Source: Phoronis australis (Eukaryota; Animalia; Phoronida). Taken from it: a stretch of DNA of 64,000 nucleotides. The translations under genes were made by a program, and so were the position numbers. Position 1 is the stretch's first letter. Each line of letters opens with the position of its first letter. Location: assembly GCA_002633005.1 (NCBI GenBank), contig NMRA01000003.1, positions 2,344,075 to 2,408,074 on the forward strand, given 5' to 3'. This document shows positions 24,956 through 36,366 of this stretch, piece by piece. Under the pieces are notes generated by a model, which was given only the letters and a program-made list of their open reading frames with translations, did no database searches and was not told the DNA's origin.

Positions 24956-26221
24956 AGGCGAAGGCAACCTTTTTTCGTGTCATTTTTAGCAAAAAAGGTT
25001 AGTTGATTATCCCAGACATATTTTCCACTTATTTACTGCTTTTCGTAATTTAATTTATGACTCTTCGTCTACTCAGGAAGTGACGTTTTGGGAGGCAAGA
25101 ATTTCGCACCAATTTCTTTTCATATAGTCTGACTGTGCTAGCAGTCAAGTCAGTCATTGTTCTACCCCGGTTGTGATAAGTTCGGTCGTCGTTTGCTTTT
25201 GCTTACGAGTCAGTCAACATGCCACGCTGTTGCTGCGTACTGGGGTGTACTCATTATCGTCTCACGTACAGAGGAAGAATTGTCCAACTTGCCCAAGTGT
25301 CCCGCAACACACTCCCACTGGAAGATGATCTGAGCACCCAAACTGCTTACATCCCGCAGTGTGACTCCCTCGCCTCACACCTGGCACCTTCCAAATAGCT
25401 CCAATACAAGTCCACAATAAACTTTTCAAACTTAGGCTCACCGATCTGTTCATTGGATGACGAACTGTCCTCTTCCTTGGGTGTGGAACTGGGCCTGTAT
25501 TCACTTCCAATACTCAACATCGCTGCAGGGCTGCTTACAGGCTTTGAGCTAGAGACAACAGCACAGGGCGAATCACTGCTAGTTTCCGGAATTGCACGCA
25601 ATGGGGTGGCCACAGCTCGCGAGGCTTCTCGCTTCAAAATCGCACTTCTCGGGGTTGGCGACGGGGCACTGCCGGGAATCAACGACTGTATGGTACCCTT
25701 CTTCACGCGTTGTTTCGCAGGGACCTTCATCAATTCAGCGTACATATCTGTCATAAGCTGATGGCAGAAAATGCTTGCCACACACTCGGTAACCCTCCAC
25801 TGCTTTTTACATTGTGTATACGAAGAGCGCTGCGTCCTTCACAGGAACGAGCTAGCCAAGTACGGCGAAGTGTGTCAGCCTTCGGAAAGCAATGCAAGGT
25901 ACCCAAAGCGCGTGTGATAATGAGTACATCCCGGCATGCAGCAACAGCGTGGCATGTTGACTGACTTGTAAACAAAAGCTAACAACGACCGAACTTATCA
26001 CAAACGAAGTAGAACAATGACTGACTCGACAGCTCTCACAGTCAGACTATAATGAAAAGAAATTGGCGCGAAACTCTTGCCTCCCAAAACATCACTTCCG
26101 GAGTAGAGGACGAGAAATTAATCAAATTACAAAAAGCTGTAATTAAGTGAAAAATGTGTCTGGGGTAATCAACGAACCTTGTTTTTGCTAAAAGTGACAT
26201 GAAAAAAGGTTGCCTTCGCCT
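24956..26221. mobile_element. Kolobok-like element with ~305-bp inverted arms and an internal transposase remnant
   Basis: (C)TAA|AGGCGAAGGCAACC...GGTTGCCTTCGCCT|TTAA. Arms ~24956-25259 and ~25916-26221 are long inverted repeats. Confidence 0.9.
25262..25955 (-). pseudogene. Frameshifted THAP-domain transposase 5' region
   Basis: Across frameshifts: MPRCCCMPGC, LHCFPKADTLRRTW, YRVCGKHF and MYAELMKVPAKQRVKKGTIQSLIP (THAP C2CH layout). Then KFIVD and LELFGRCQV*GEGVTLRDVSSLGAQIIFQWECVAGHLG, a second Cys/His motif. Confidence 0.8.
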
Positions 26222-27611
26222 TTAAAACAAATCATGGCTCTATAAACGTTGATCGGATTATGTGCATTTCTGCATCTTTTCAAAACGCAAGAGACCTGAG
26301 CTGATGCAAGAAGACTTTTTTAGTCTGTGAATTCGCAAGCCTCAAAGCGAGTCTTGGTAAAGATGAGACCCATCGTTGATTTTTTGGCATAAAGGAAAAC
26401 GAGCAGAATTTAGTCGGTGGATATGAATGAAATTACTAGAAGTCTGAGTTCTGAATGTAGTAATTTGCAGAATTCATGAAACATAATTTAATAATCATGG
26501 CGATCATAACACTTGTGTCTCAAATAAATAAAGATATTTTTCTGACTTGTCACTGACTTGCTGGTCACTGCATATAATTAATTAATGCTTGTGACAACTT
26601 TGTTCAGTAATGGTCCATTATAGTATCTTAAAATTCTCCAGCTTAGAATTGTGGTGCTTGTACCAAATTTTAGAAATAGGCAGTATTGGCTGTCCCAAAT
26701 TCAAGAATTACGAATAATGACAGCTAATGATTCTCCTCAATTTTACATACTTTGGAGACGGCATGAAAATGTTGCATCGGTAGCTGTTTGCCATGACATT
26801 ATCATGAACTGCCAAGTCTATTATCTGAACCTGGTGATAAATAACAGAGTGGGCGATGTTCAATGGTATGATCAACCCTAAAATTGCACACTTTCAATCT
26901 TCAGAATCAAGACAGGCACCGACCTAAAACGGAGAAATTTCATTATAGGTTTTAGTGTGCCACCAACTCGATGCAATTTCAGACGAAATCATGGCCAAAG
27001 TTGCCTTTTCTCATTTTCAAGGTTATCTTACATTGTAGTAAGTGCCTAGTTTTCAAAATTTTGTGCGATGGTAGATATCATACAAAACATGAACATGGTA
27101 AAGGGTTAATATGGTGCGATATATTTTATATTAAATAAAGGAGAAAAGTATATTTTTGACCTCCATATAGTGTCCTATATTAAGGTGGTTTTATTGTAGT
27201 TTAGCTATCCTGGACGTGAAAACTACAAGCTTGAACTGTGCTGCCTAATTGTATCTAGTACAACAAACAATGTCATCATCAGATGACCAGTGCTTCATAT
27301 TTATAATTGGATGAATCATTTGGGAATTGTCCACATAGTTTCGAACTACCGAGACATTTCTTTGAATTGGGACATTTTTGTACATGTAACGTCACTAAAA
27401 GAAATATCTACCCATTTACTACACAAATACTATACATTTTATGATACAAACAATTTCTTTGCTTACAATTTTAGTTCTCGATTTATAGCGAGTTCCAGAA
27501 TAATTCTGTATTCTTTGGCTTGAGCAAATAATTTGACATGGAAACTTCGGTTTTCTATTTCAACCGCCAGGGAAAACAATCAAAATATATTTGACACTCT
27601 TTTGCTCCTGT

Positions 27612-28955
27612 CTAAACTGATGACAAGAATTCAATGCTTTCAGGTGTAGATGAATCGGAGTCTATTATTTTCGACACATGTCCATTTTTCAGGATGTTAT
27701 TCTGTCCAGCATTTTTCCGACTTGCCTGCTTTCTGTTTGTGCTCCTGTAGACCAACAGTGCATTCTGGGTAGTCTTGTCCTTAATTGCTCCACGCCTTAC
27801 TGTAGTCTTGCGAAGGGAATTCATAGAGAACTGGTAAGATCCAGGGTCAATGCAACAGGGCAAGAAGACTTTCTTGAATGTCCTTCTATACTTTGTGCTC
27901 AGTGATGAATAAAGAACAAAATTTATGGTCGAATTGATCAGAGCAAGGAAATTGACACAGTTGTATACTTTCATGACCTGGTAGCGTTCACTTTTGTCTG
28001 CTGGCCAGTCGCTTTCTTCTATTGTGAGTTTGTAGGAAATGTACATTAATGTGACGGCATTAGGCATATGAAGGCAGAAAAATACAATGACTACCGCAAT
28101 CAACATTAACGTGATTCGTTGTTGATCTTTGTTCCGCCTTTCTTCGTGCGAGTTGGTATTTGATAGATACCTTCGCATTTGTGAAGCTCGCCACACCGAA
28201 TTTACAAGAAACGTGTTGAAAATTGACACAAGTACCAAGGGCACAACTGTGAATAAGAGCACAACCACTCCCCAGTTGTAGCCCATGCTGTAGGACGGGG
28301 TCGTGCCAAAATCTGTTGTGCCTAGTGATGGTTTTGCACATTCATCAGTCATCGCTTTATACTCGAAGAACTCTGGTATCAGGAGCATGAATACCAAAGT
28401 ACATGTGACAAGAATTACCCAGCGGGCTCGCTGCGGTGTACATAGAACGTGGCCACGCATTGGATGGCTCACGGCAATGTATCGTTCCACGGTGAACACT
28501 ACAGTCAACCACACAGCTGTGTTGGAGAACACATCAGAAATAGGCCGAGCATACGCTGTGTATTGGTAGTATGGAATTCCAAGTTGGCCCCTAAATGTAG
28601 ATGTTTTGTCGAGAGTCAAAGTTGGCACAATCATTAAATAAAGCATGTCGTAGATGGCGAGAGCTGTCAGATAACAGTTTGTGCTAGAGTACATTGACCG
28701 ACGTGTCAGTACTATCACGTTTATGATGTTACCCAGAATTCCAAACACTACTAGAAGTGGCTGTAAAATCTCAATGAATACCATATCCATTGTTTGCATT
28801 GCAATGTCGTCAGATGTGATATTCACCGTACAGTTGGACAACTTACTTGAGCCATTCTCTGCGATTTTACTTAGATCGATATCTATCTTCTCTGTAATAT
28901 CCATTAAGGTATCCATGTCAGTTACGTTGATATCCATCTTCTTCGCAATGTTCAT
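27612..28955 (-). CDS. Class A (rhodopsin-like) peptide GPCR, FMRFamide/myosuppressin/sex-peptide receptor-like, 447 aa, single coding exon
   Basis: Seven hydrophobic segments. GILGN (TM1), YLTALAIYD (TM2), FTVERYIAVSHP (TM3), PEFFEY after TM4, VFFCLHMP (TM6), NSTINFVLY (TM7). N-terminal NxS/T sequons (NVT, NGS, NCT, NIT) and a C-terminal CC. An in-frame stop lies ten codons upstream of the ATG. The ligand cannot be assigned from sequence. Confidence 0.95.
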   Translation of the reverse strand: MNIAKKMDINVTDMDTLMDITEKIDIDLSKIAENGSSKLSNCTVNITSDDIAMQTMDMVFIEILQPLLVVFGILGNIINVIVLTRRSMYSSTNCYLTALAIYDMLYLMIVPTLTLDKTSTFRGQLGIPYYQYTAYARPISDVFSNTAVWLTVVFTVERYIAVSHPMRGHVLCTPQRARWVILVTCTLVFMLLIPEFFEYKAMTDECAKPSLGTTDFGTTPSYSMGYNWGVVVLLFTVVPLVLVSIFNTFLVNSVWRASQMRRYLSNTNSHEERRNKDQQRITLMLIAVVIVFFCLHMPNAVTLMYISYKLTIEESDWPADKSERYQVMKVYNCVNFLALINSTINFVLYSSLSTKYRRTFKKVFLPCCIDPGSYQFSMNSLRKTTVRRGAIKDKTTQNALLVYRSTNRKQASRKNAGQNNILKNGHVSKIIDSDSSTPESIEFLSSV

Positions 28956-29203
28956 TAATAACGTATTCCTTTTGAAATTGCTTCAAAGTGCTGTGTTGTT
29001 AGAACTTGTTGCTGAATCGTGACCACCTTCCTGTGTGGTTAGTTGACACTATGGCTTATGATGTAATTGTCGCGAATTGTCTTTCTGTTCGTAACGAGAG
29101 GAGAAGCGCACGGGACTTGTAATTGCCGACAGATGATTAGCACCTCTTTTCCTTAAGAAGCCCCTCGTTGTAAATGGATGTGAAAAATCACTGTGAGTGG
29201 CGT

Positions 29204-29245
29204 TTACGCGTTAGTGTAACTGTCTGCTGTGACGAGTTGTTCCAT
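29204..29245 (-). promoter_or_regulatory. Candidate uORF (MEQLVTADSYTNA*) in the GPCR 5' UTR
   Basis: Lies directly after a consensus acceptor cttcttttacAG (29249-29250), in a strong aaaATGg context. Confidence 0.55.
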
Positions 29246-29801
29246 TTTCTGTAAAAGAAGTATTTAGCTTCTAGTCACCCTTTTGACTAATTATAATTAA
29301 ATAAACTCCAATGTTAACATATTAAGCTGTTATTAATAGAAACTGTCATTGAAGTTTTTGATCATGTGGGAATTTGAATTGCATGCGACTGTAATGAAGT
29401 ATAATACTAACCAACAGAGAAACAAATTCAAAATTGCCTTGTACGGTAGACAGTGGTTACATTTAGCCAAAAGGCGAACTGCTCAGTGCTACGATGTGAT
29501 TTTAAGATGGGCCTTCAGGATTGTTTCTGAAATAATCCCATCAAAGCTGTAATTTTTTTGTTTTTTCAGAAAATTTAGGCCACTATACAATGTTACTCTA
29601 CAATAGTGTTATGAAAGGACAGCAAAAGAGGAAATGTGGGATCAACGTAACTCGAATCACAACAACTAAAGATTCAAATACCCAGTTGATAAACATTGCA
29701 TTCTAAAGCTACACATCATGTCCCCAAGGAAGTGAACACTTTATGACAAGTAACTAATCTGCAATTGATCCAGTGAATTTCAAACTTTTCATAATGTATC
29801 T

Positions 29802-31253
29802 TCAGGGTGTCATCAACAAGTGTACGAAGTATCTCGGAGAAATATGAAAAATTTTGAACAAAGTAATGTGCAATTCAATACACCAGGGTGAAAAATGCAA
29901 TATCACTGTGGCTTCCATGCTGTACTGGCGTCTGTCAGTCAAAAAATTACCTGCCTGGGTTTCATGTCCTTTATTTTTTATTGTCAAATCTGTATCCAAA
30001 TCAGTTTTATCCAATATTGCGGTTTGTAAGGATGTCTTTGAGTGAAAGTGACCAATTTACTATTCAATTCCGTTTCAAGGAGACAGGGTGGGGTGGAAGA
30101 AATGATGGAGTGGTGCCACTGTAAGTAGACTTATTGTTAAAATATGCAACACAGTCTGTTGCATGTAAAAGTGGCAGGGCTGCATATTCGAAAGAAAAGG
30201 AGGATCGTGTTAAAGAACTGATTCAATTCCAGAAGGACACCCTGGGGAATCTCAAATCTCTGAGAGAAGTCGCAAACGATTTACAAGTGAGCAAGTCTTC
30301 TGTGTAAAGAAGGTGAAAAAAATGGAGCCTAAACCCTTCAAAAGAATGTGGGTTTTATGGAGAGGTCAGAATGCTAGAAGCAAATGAAAAACTGGATACC
30401 AATACTTGCATGACCGCTATTCAGCCACTGGTGTGAAAAGGATCATTTTCACTGAAAGACTTTATGCTAGAAATTGCTAAAAATCGTCAAAACGATCGTG
30501 TTTATGAGAAACAAAAACAAGAAATTCAGCCGTCTCGACTCAGTATTATGAAACTTCCAAACTTTCCAAAATGTAATGGTTTCCGCTGGAGTTGGGAAAG
30601 AAAAACAAATATTCATTTTATTGACTCTGATAGAGCCATAGTTAACAGTCAACGCCACATGCAGTTATTGGATGAAAATCTTCTCCCGGATTGCAGGCGA
30701 CTTTATCCTGTAAACAAGTACATGTTTCAGCAAGATGAGGCTCATTCACACATGGGCAAGATAACCCAGGCTCCTCTGGAGGAGGCCCCACCGAAATTCA
30801 TCAAAAAGGATGTGTGGTCTCTGCTTAGTCCTGACTGCAATCCAATGGACTATACCATATGGGACTTTCTGATGGAAAATGTTTACCTGGTAATGAGAGA
30901 CAAATTGACTGAGCAGGAGATAAAAGACAGAATAGTTATAGGATGGGAGGAAATCTCCATGGAAGAAATATGGAAAAGCATTTCTGGTTGGAAGGAACGG
31001 CTCCGTTTAGTGGTTGAGGATGATGAAGGCCACATTGAGCATAGACTGAAATAAGCGAGCTTCCCTTTGATATTTTATTTTTCGACCTGATGTTTTTAAT
31101 TTGACAGTTCTTGCACAATTAGGCACAGACCTCTCTGATATTTTGCGCATTTGTTGATGATATCCTAAGCTTGATGACTGAGTAAGAAATTATTTTATCT
31201 GTTGCTAAGAAATTACTTGTCAAAAAGTGACTCACTTTTATTGAGACACTTGA
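29802..31253 (+). mobile_element. Decayed Tc1/mariner element, DD37D (maT) type
   Basis: Degenerate TIRs TCAGGGTGTCATCAACAAGTG and reverse complement TCAAGTGTCTCAATAAAAGTG enclosing a transposase pseudogene. Confidence 0.8.
30032..31054 (+). pseudogene. DD37D transposase pseudogene
   Basis: MSLSESDQFTIQFRFKETGWGGR start, HTH-like SLREVANDLQVSKSSV, and FQQD-(37 aa)-D ending SPDCNPMDY, then C-terminal EGHIEH. Frameshifts and stops in the 5' half; the first catalytic Asp region (IIFT..) is damaged. Confidence 0.88.
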
Positions 31254-31699
31254 TATTTGTTAAACCCCAATTCCCCCATGTGTGTTACTGGTTATAACAT
31301 AAAACATTCGTTTATCACACTTACTCATGTAAGCCCTGCCTATTACTTTTGAAAATGTTCCATGGACACAAAAAGCAAACAACATTTCTAATTACATTAC
31401 GATTTTCTGGTTATTCTAGAAAAAATTTTCTTGGCTCTAAATAATTGTTCATGCCTCTCTCAGAGAGTAAGGTTCCTGGCTCCAATCATTCCTTGCCAGC
31501 TTTGTTTGTGAGACTATACCTTGCAGTTGGGGAACCTGTTGATTGCCATAATTATTCACCTTGGACAATTCTGGATTGAATTAGAACTCAGTTGAGTGGG
31601 ATTAAGTAATTGTTCCTAGGCGAAAACCAAGAATTGTTACTCAGTTACAAAATATTTTCTTGACGAAAGTGGAGCATCAGTTTATTTTTTCTAACATTA

Positions 31700-32130
31700 T
31701 TTGCACCCTACAGGCTGCAAGTCTGATCCGATCGCGATGAAATTCACACACAACGAGTTTCTCTTTGATGCCTTGAAGCCCATTGTTTTTTTGGTTTAAA
31801 TTGGATGGCATTATGGTGGCCATTTTTTCACTTTGTGGTGCTGTATCTTTGACAGACCTTTCTGAAACTAGGTATGTTGATAGATCTGATCAAGCACTGT
31901 CGGCATGGTGCCATTCGTTTTTCATTCCAATGTACTATTCTTGAGTTATTCATGATTTTCCAACGACTTTTCTTTTCTTCATTAATTTTTTGTGCAGTAT
32001 CTCCTGCGTCCCGTGACCAATCTTGGTGGTTAGATAGATTTCGTCAAGTTCATGATTTAAGAAAAAAAAATTCTGAGGGCATTGTGGCCGATATATTCAA
32101 GTCATCGAGGGGGGCTGGTACATGGTAATT
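31700..32130 (+). mobile_element. Degenerate HINE-like monomer fragments
   Basis: gatccgatcgcgatgaaattcacac and ggtggccatttt motifs resemble the monomers of the HINE family. Ends are unclear. Confidence 0.4.
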
Positions 32131-32405
32131 TTGTCCTCCAATGGTAAGCAATGTCTGCTGTGCACACAATAGTTTTGTGCCGCTTTAGCCATAGCATGAA
32201 TTGGCAATGCTTTATTTTCGACATGGACGAGCCAACCCTGGCAGATCGTGTCATCCACTTGAAATTGGTATAACGGAACTCCACAATTCGACAGCCCACG
32301 ACGCTTGTTTGCTTTGCAGTAGGCAAAAACTTCAAGGCATACTCCATAAGATTGGAGAAAGGCAAATGAAGATCTAATTTGTTACCAGCAAACTTTCACA
32401 AAGAC

Positions 32406-33228
32406 TTATAAAACATAGGCACATGTGCATGTAAAGAAAGTTGACTGGGAATGATTGTGGCTGTGAACATCACTTCCAAAGTGAGGTATTCGTAATTTAT
32501 TAGAACCTGGTGGAATCTCATTAACATGAAAGTTTTTGTTGGATAACCAAAACCCCTGTAATCCGACCATAAATGACACAAAAACGTTATCCATCCTCTA
32601 AACATCCACTGCTTTGCTAAGTACCATTCTGCTTTCAAACTTTTTGATTGAAGGTATTTATAGCAATAGTTCGCCGAACTTCAAATAAGACATGAAGGAA
32701 TGAGGCGGTTGACCAAGACAAAAATGACAGCTACAAGTTCCATTTTTACAACAGTTTAATTACAGAAAACCTGATGTGTTCATGAACTTTACTTCATATC
32801 TAAGTTTTTGTGGCTGGCACAGAACTAATCAAAACGTTTAATACTCGACGTGTGATTGACAGTGTTGTTCAAGGTTATCACGCATAAGAGGGTTGGAACT
32901 TAAATTTTTTTCTCAGAAAGTGTTTACTTCTAACATTTGAAACTTGAAACAAAAATGTGAAATTTTAGACGTTTCACAAGTTCAAAACAAACTGTTAACG
33001 AAAACAGTGTTATAAGTATTTTTGTGCTTCTTGTTTCAAACCTACAAGAAGAATTGCAAAAGCAGGGCATTCTGCACATTTGCTTGTTCTAAATTCAAAA
33101 CCTATATCAGTAAGCTTCACATACTCTTTCAGTGCGATGTCGACCATTGTTTTAATCACGTCCTCAAGTTTTTGCTTGAATTCAACTGAATTCAAGGCTA
33201 AGTTTATGGCTTCAATGTTCTTCGACAT
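32406..33228 (-). pseudogene. Decayed LINE ORF1-like sequence interrupted by a MITE
   Basis: Helical N-terminus MSKNIEAINLALNSVEFKQKLEDVIKTMVD. After the MITE come DNLEQH (compare DxLEQxSRR), a later NVFV and a C-terminal FWLSNKNFHV, as in L1-type ORF1 RRM/CTD modules. Many stops. Confidence 0.4.
32889..33103. mobile_element. Short MITE related to 11956-12152
   Basis: AGGGTTGGAACTTA...TAAATTCAAAACCT inverted termini and internal similarity to the other copy. Confidence 0.65.
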
Positions 33229-33974
33229 GATTTTAGCGAGACGGCACCATGTAGCAATGTCAGTTTAAAATCCATTTATTTCCCGCCAGTAAGAAAGAAA
33301 AAGTAACATGATGTAACCAGAACAATACAAAATTAAAAAAATCCAATATGGGTAGGTAGGGATATAGATATAGATACGTATATGTATAGGAGAAGAATGA
33401 ATGTTCATCCTGGTCATAGTACCAGATTACGCGTAATTTTTGATAATTATGCAAACATTTTTTAGCAAAGCAGCATACTGGCTGTACAAGTTTTCCGACA
33501 TGCAGAAATTGGTTAATACACGACACTTGTCGTTATTAACAATCTTGATTCCGTTCCGTTTGTATCCTCGGAACAAAGTGCGACACTGAACAAAACACGG
33601 TAAAGCAACTGACCAAGAGACATGATTAAAAGATCTACGATATTTCGTAACATACTTTGTTTCATTCTCAAGTGGAAATAAAGCGACACAGTAATACCAC
33701 CACGGAGCAACAGCTGGAGACGCACAGTGGGACACGGCAGGTATGAAATATTGCAAAGAATGACAAATGAAAGGGGGTAACAGGAAAGTCACGAAACCAG
33801 GTGTAGCATGTGGCGCGACCCTGTTTACTGATCATTCAAAACAGGCTTCTCAAATCCAATCAAAAGGAACTCCAATACTAACATACAGTAATATAATATT
33901 TGCTGCATCATTGCTGTGTTTACAATCACAGAGCACGCCTATGGGCAAAATTAATCAGCATGTCCTTAATCTGG

Positions 33975-34395
33975 AGTCGTTTTCCCACTAGAGGCGAACG
34001 TTAATCTGCAAGTGAATCTTCGCTTAAAATATTAGGATTTAAAAGCGAAACTTCATCGAAGTTATCGGCAGAGGACCGGCAACGATATACGAGTCACTCG
34101 ATACTTGCAAAAGGTGTTCTTTGTTATTGTAGTGTAGCCAACGTGCTCTCAATAGACGGATGTAAATAAATAGATAAAAGAATTTCAAAGCATATCTGAT
34201 GAAGAATGTCACTGATCATTTTCATAAATACTTGCAAATGGTAGGAGAACAATTTTTAGTTAGCCTCAAACCCAATATTCAATATTCGTTTGAGAGTACG
34301 AATGAACTGCGTTGTCTGGTATCCTAGCACTTTAGCCGTCTGGTCGGAAAGGTAAGCAAAGTTTCATGGAAGCTTCTGTAAACGGAAATTCCCCT
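33975..34395. mobile_element. PIF/Harbinger-like MITE, inverted copy of 42296-42836
   Basis: Shared caatattcgtttgagagtacgaa, gtgttcttYgttattgYagtgtagcc and ttaatctgcaag blocks. A further end fragment lies at ~49391-49445. Confidence 0.8.
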
Positions 34396-34886
34396 AATGC
34401 TTTATTTTACCATATACAGCTTCACTATAAACAAAACTTTGCCACTATCTCTGCCTGGTTTGTTCATCAGATTGTGAGGTCACTCAGCAGCTGATAATGG
34501 TCACATTAAGCCAGTTAGGAACTATAAATTTTGTTGAAGTGGTATCCATTAGCCACATGGGTGTACACCTTCCAGAGAAACAATTACCTAAATTATACCC
34601 AACATTTCTAAAATTATTTTCAGAAGGCTTGGTCAGCATATAACATAATTTACTGGAAACAATACAAAATGTAAACCAAATGCCAACAGATGGCCATAAT
34701 AAACTGGGTAGGCTAAGTACTACCAATGTTTCTTATCTAGTCAAACCCTAGTTAACCCTAAGTTAGGCCAGCTTGGACCAGTTCACTGGTTTCACTGACC
34801 TGATGTTAACACAGCAGGAACAACTATTATACAATTTTCATTAATTATTAAAGAGCTTGAATTAGCTATGCCTAGTTTCCATGGTA

Positions 34887-36366
34887 CCGTAATCGCCGTA
34901 ATAACCGCCCATGCCCCTATAAGCACCCCCCACGCGTTTTCAGACTTTGCTAAAATAAGCGCCCAGTCCATGAACGTGTATTAGTACGAAAAATGCCTTA
35001 CCTACAGTCTTAAAATTCTTCAGTAATGTCTTCAATTTATCAATAATATCCGACAGCCCTGAAAAAATCATTGTGCGCAGAATTTGTAGACCACGAGCCT
35101 CGCCGTTATGTTGATATTTAGCTGTGATTATACACTTCAAACTTCCGCCACGCCTCAAAACGAACACAAAAGTTCTGCTGATATTGCGAGGACCAATGTT
35201 CTGGCCTTTCAGAACAGAAGTAGTGTACTTGTCTATGGGATTGCTTTGTAGATATTTCCCGCTTTCAACAGGAATCCAAATTTCTTTGTAGGCCTACACG
35301 TGAAAACCACGAATCGAAGACTAATAAACAGCTTGGCCAGTGTTAGAAGCATGTGGCCAGGAAGCACGCGCTACATACATGAACCTGGCATTAGTCGGGA
35401 ACTATCCATTCATGAAACGGGTAGCATAGCATCGGCAAGAAATGAATATTGGCATTAATTTCCGACAATTTCTCATAGTATACAAAATGTTTGCGTTATT
35501 TTTAAAATGAATTGTTTGATTAACTATAATTGGTGTTGGTAAGCCAAATATCCGATAAAATGACCTATGACAGTGAATGTTTACACACCCTTACACCGAA
35601 AAATAACTGTCAGATAGTCACGTATGCATTCAGCCACACCGCAACTAATATGGCTTTACTGAGACAAATGTCAAACATTTTTAGCTCATGAGACCGGCAA
35701 GTGCTGAATGAAACACACTCTGATTTAGGGCTACTGCTTGTGCAAATTTCTTTAGATACAATGCACATCTAGTTCGTTAGATTGCGTGGCACTGGCCAAA
35801 AGACGGTCTCTGCTTTGGCAAATGAACTCTGGTGACAAGCACGCGCTCGCTTACTCACAAACGCAGACAACTTCAAAGCAAACGTCACGTGACAACAACA
35901 TGTGTGTTCGTCCTGACATTTTTCTCATGTTGCCGATCATACATGTAGATGGCACGATATCAGCACAGATTTGTACTTAAACCTGCTGTGATCCCCGACT
36001 CTACATGAACTTAAAAATCTTAGGGAGGATTTCAGGTAATTTGCTCGAGTCGAAACTGTATTTTTATTCAAGCATTCAAGTTGCCATATCGACGATTGCG
36101 AGGCAGGCAGTCAGCGAGTTTTCACCCTGGGATTTCAGCACAATTTTCAATCTGTAAAATGATTGTAATTTAGCAGCGAAGTTTGATAGCAATGCACCAC
36201 GGTTTTGTAGAAAGTCTTTCATAGATTACAGATATGTCACAGAGCGTAAATGTAATGAATCTTAGCTTCCGATTTCACCCGTTTCGGATACCGGGTTTCA
36301 ACGGGCTTGGGTTATGATAAGCGCCCCCCCCTGAAACGACCTGGTCCGTTATCACGGTGAATACGG
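34887..36366. mobile_element. Non-autonomous Tc2/pogo-like DNA transposon (~1.48 kb), copy B
   Basis: TA|CCGTAATCGCCGTAATAAC...GTTATCACGGTGAATACGG|TA. Inverted homologue of 2638-4067. Confidence 0.85.

Noticed and set aside
27678-29022. Several + strand ORFs overlapping the GPCR
   Set aside because: Antisense shadows of a real coding sequence, with no independent support.
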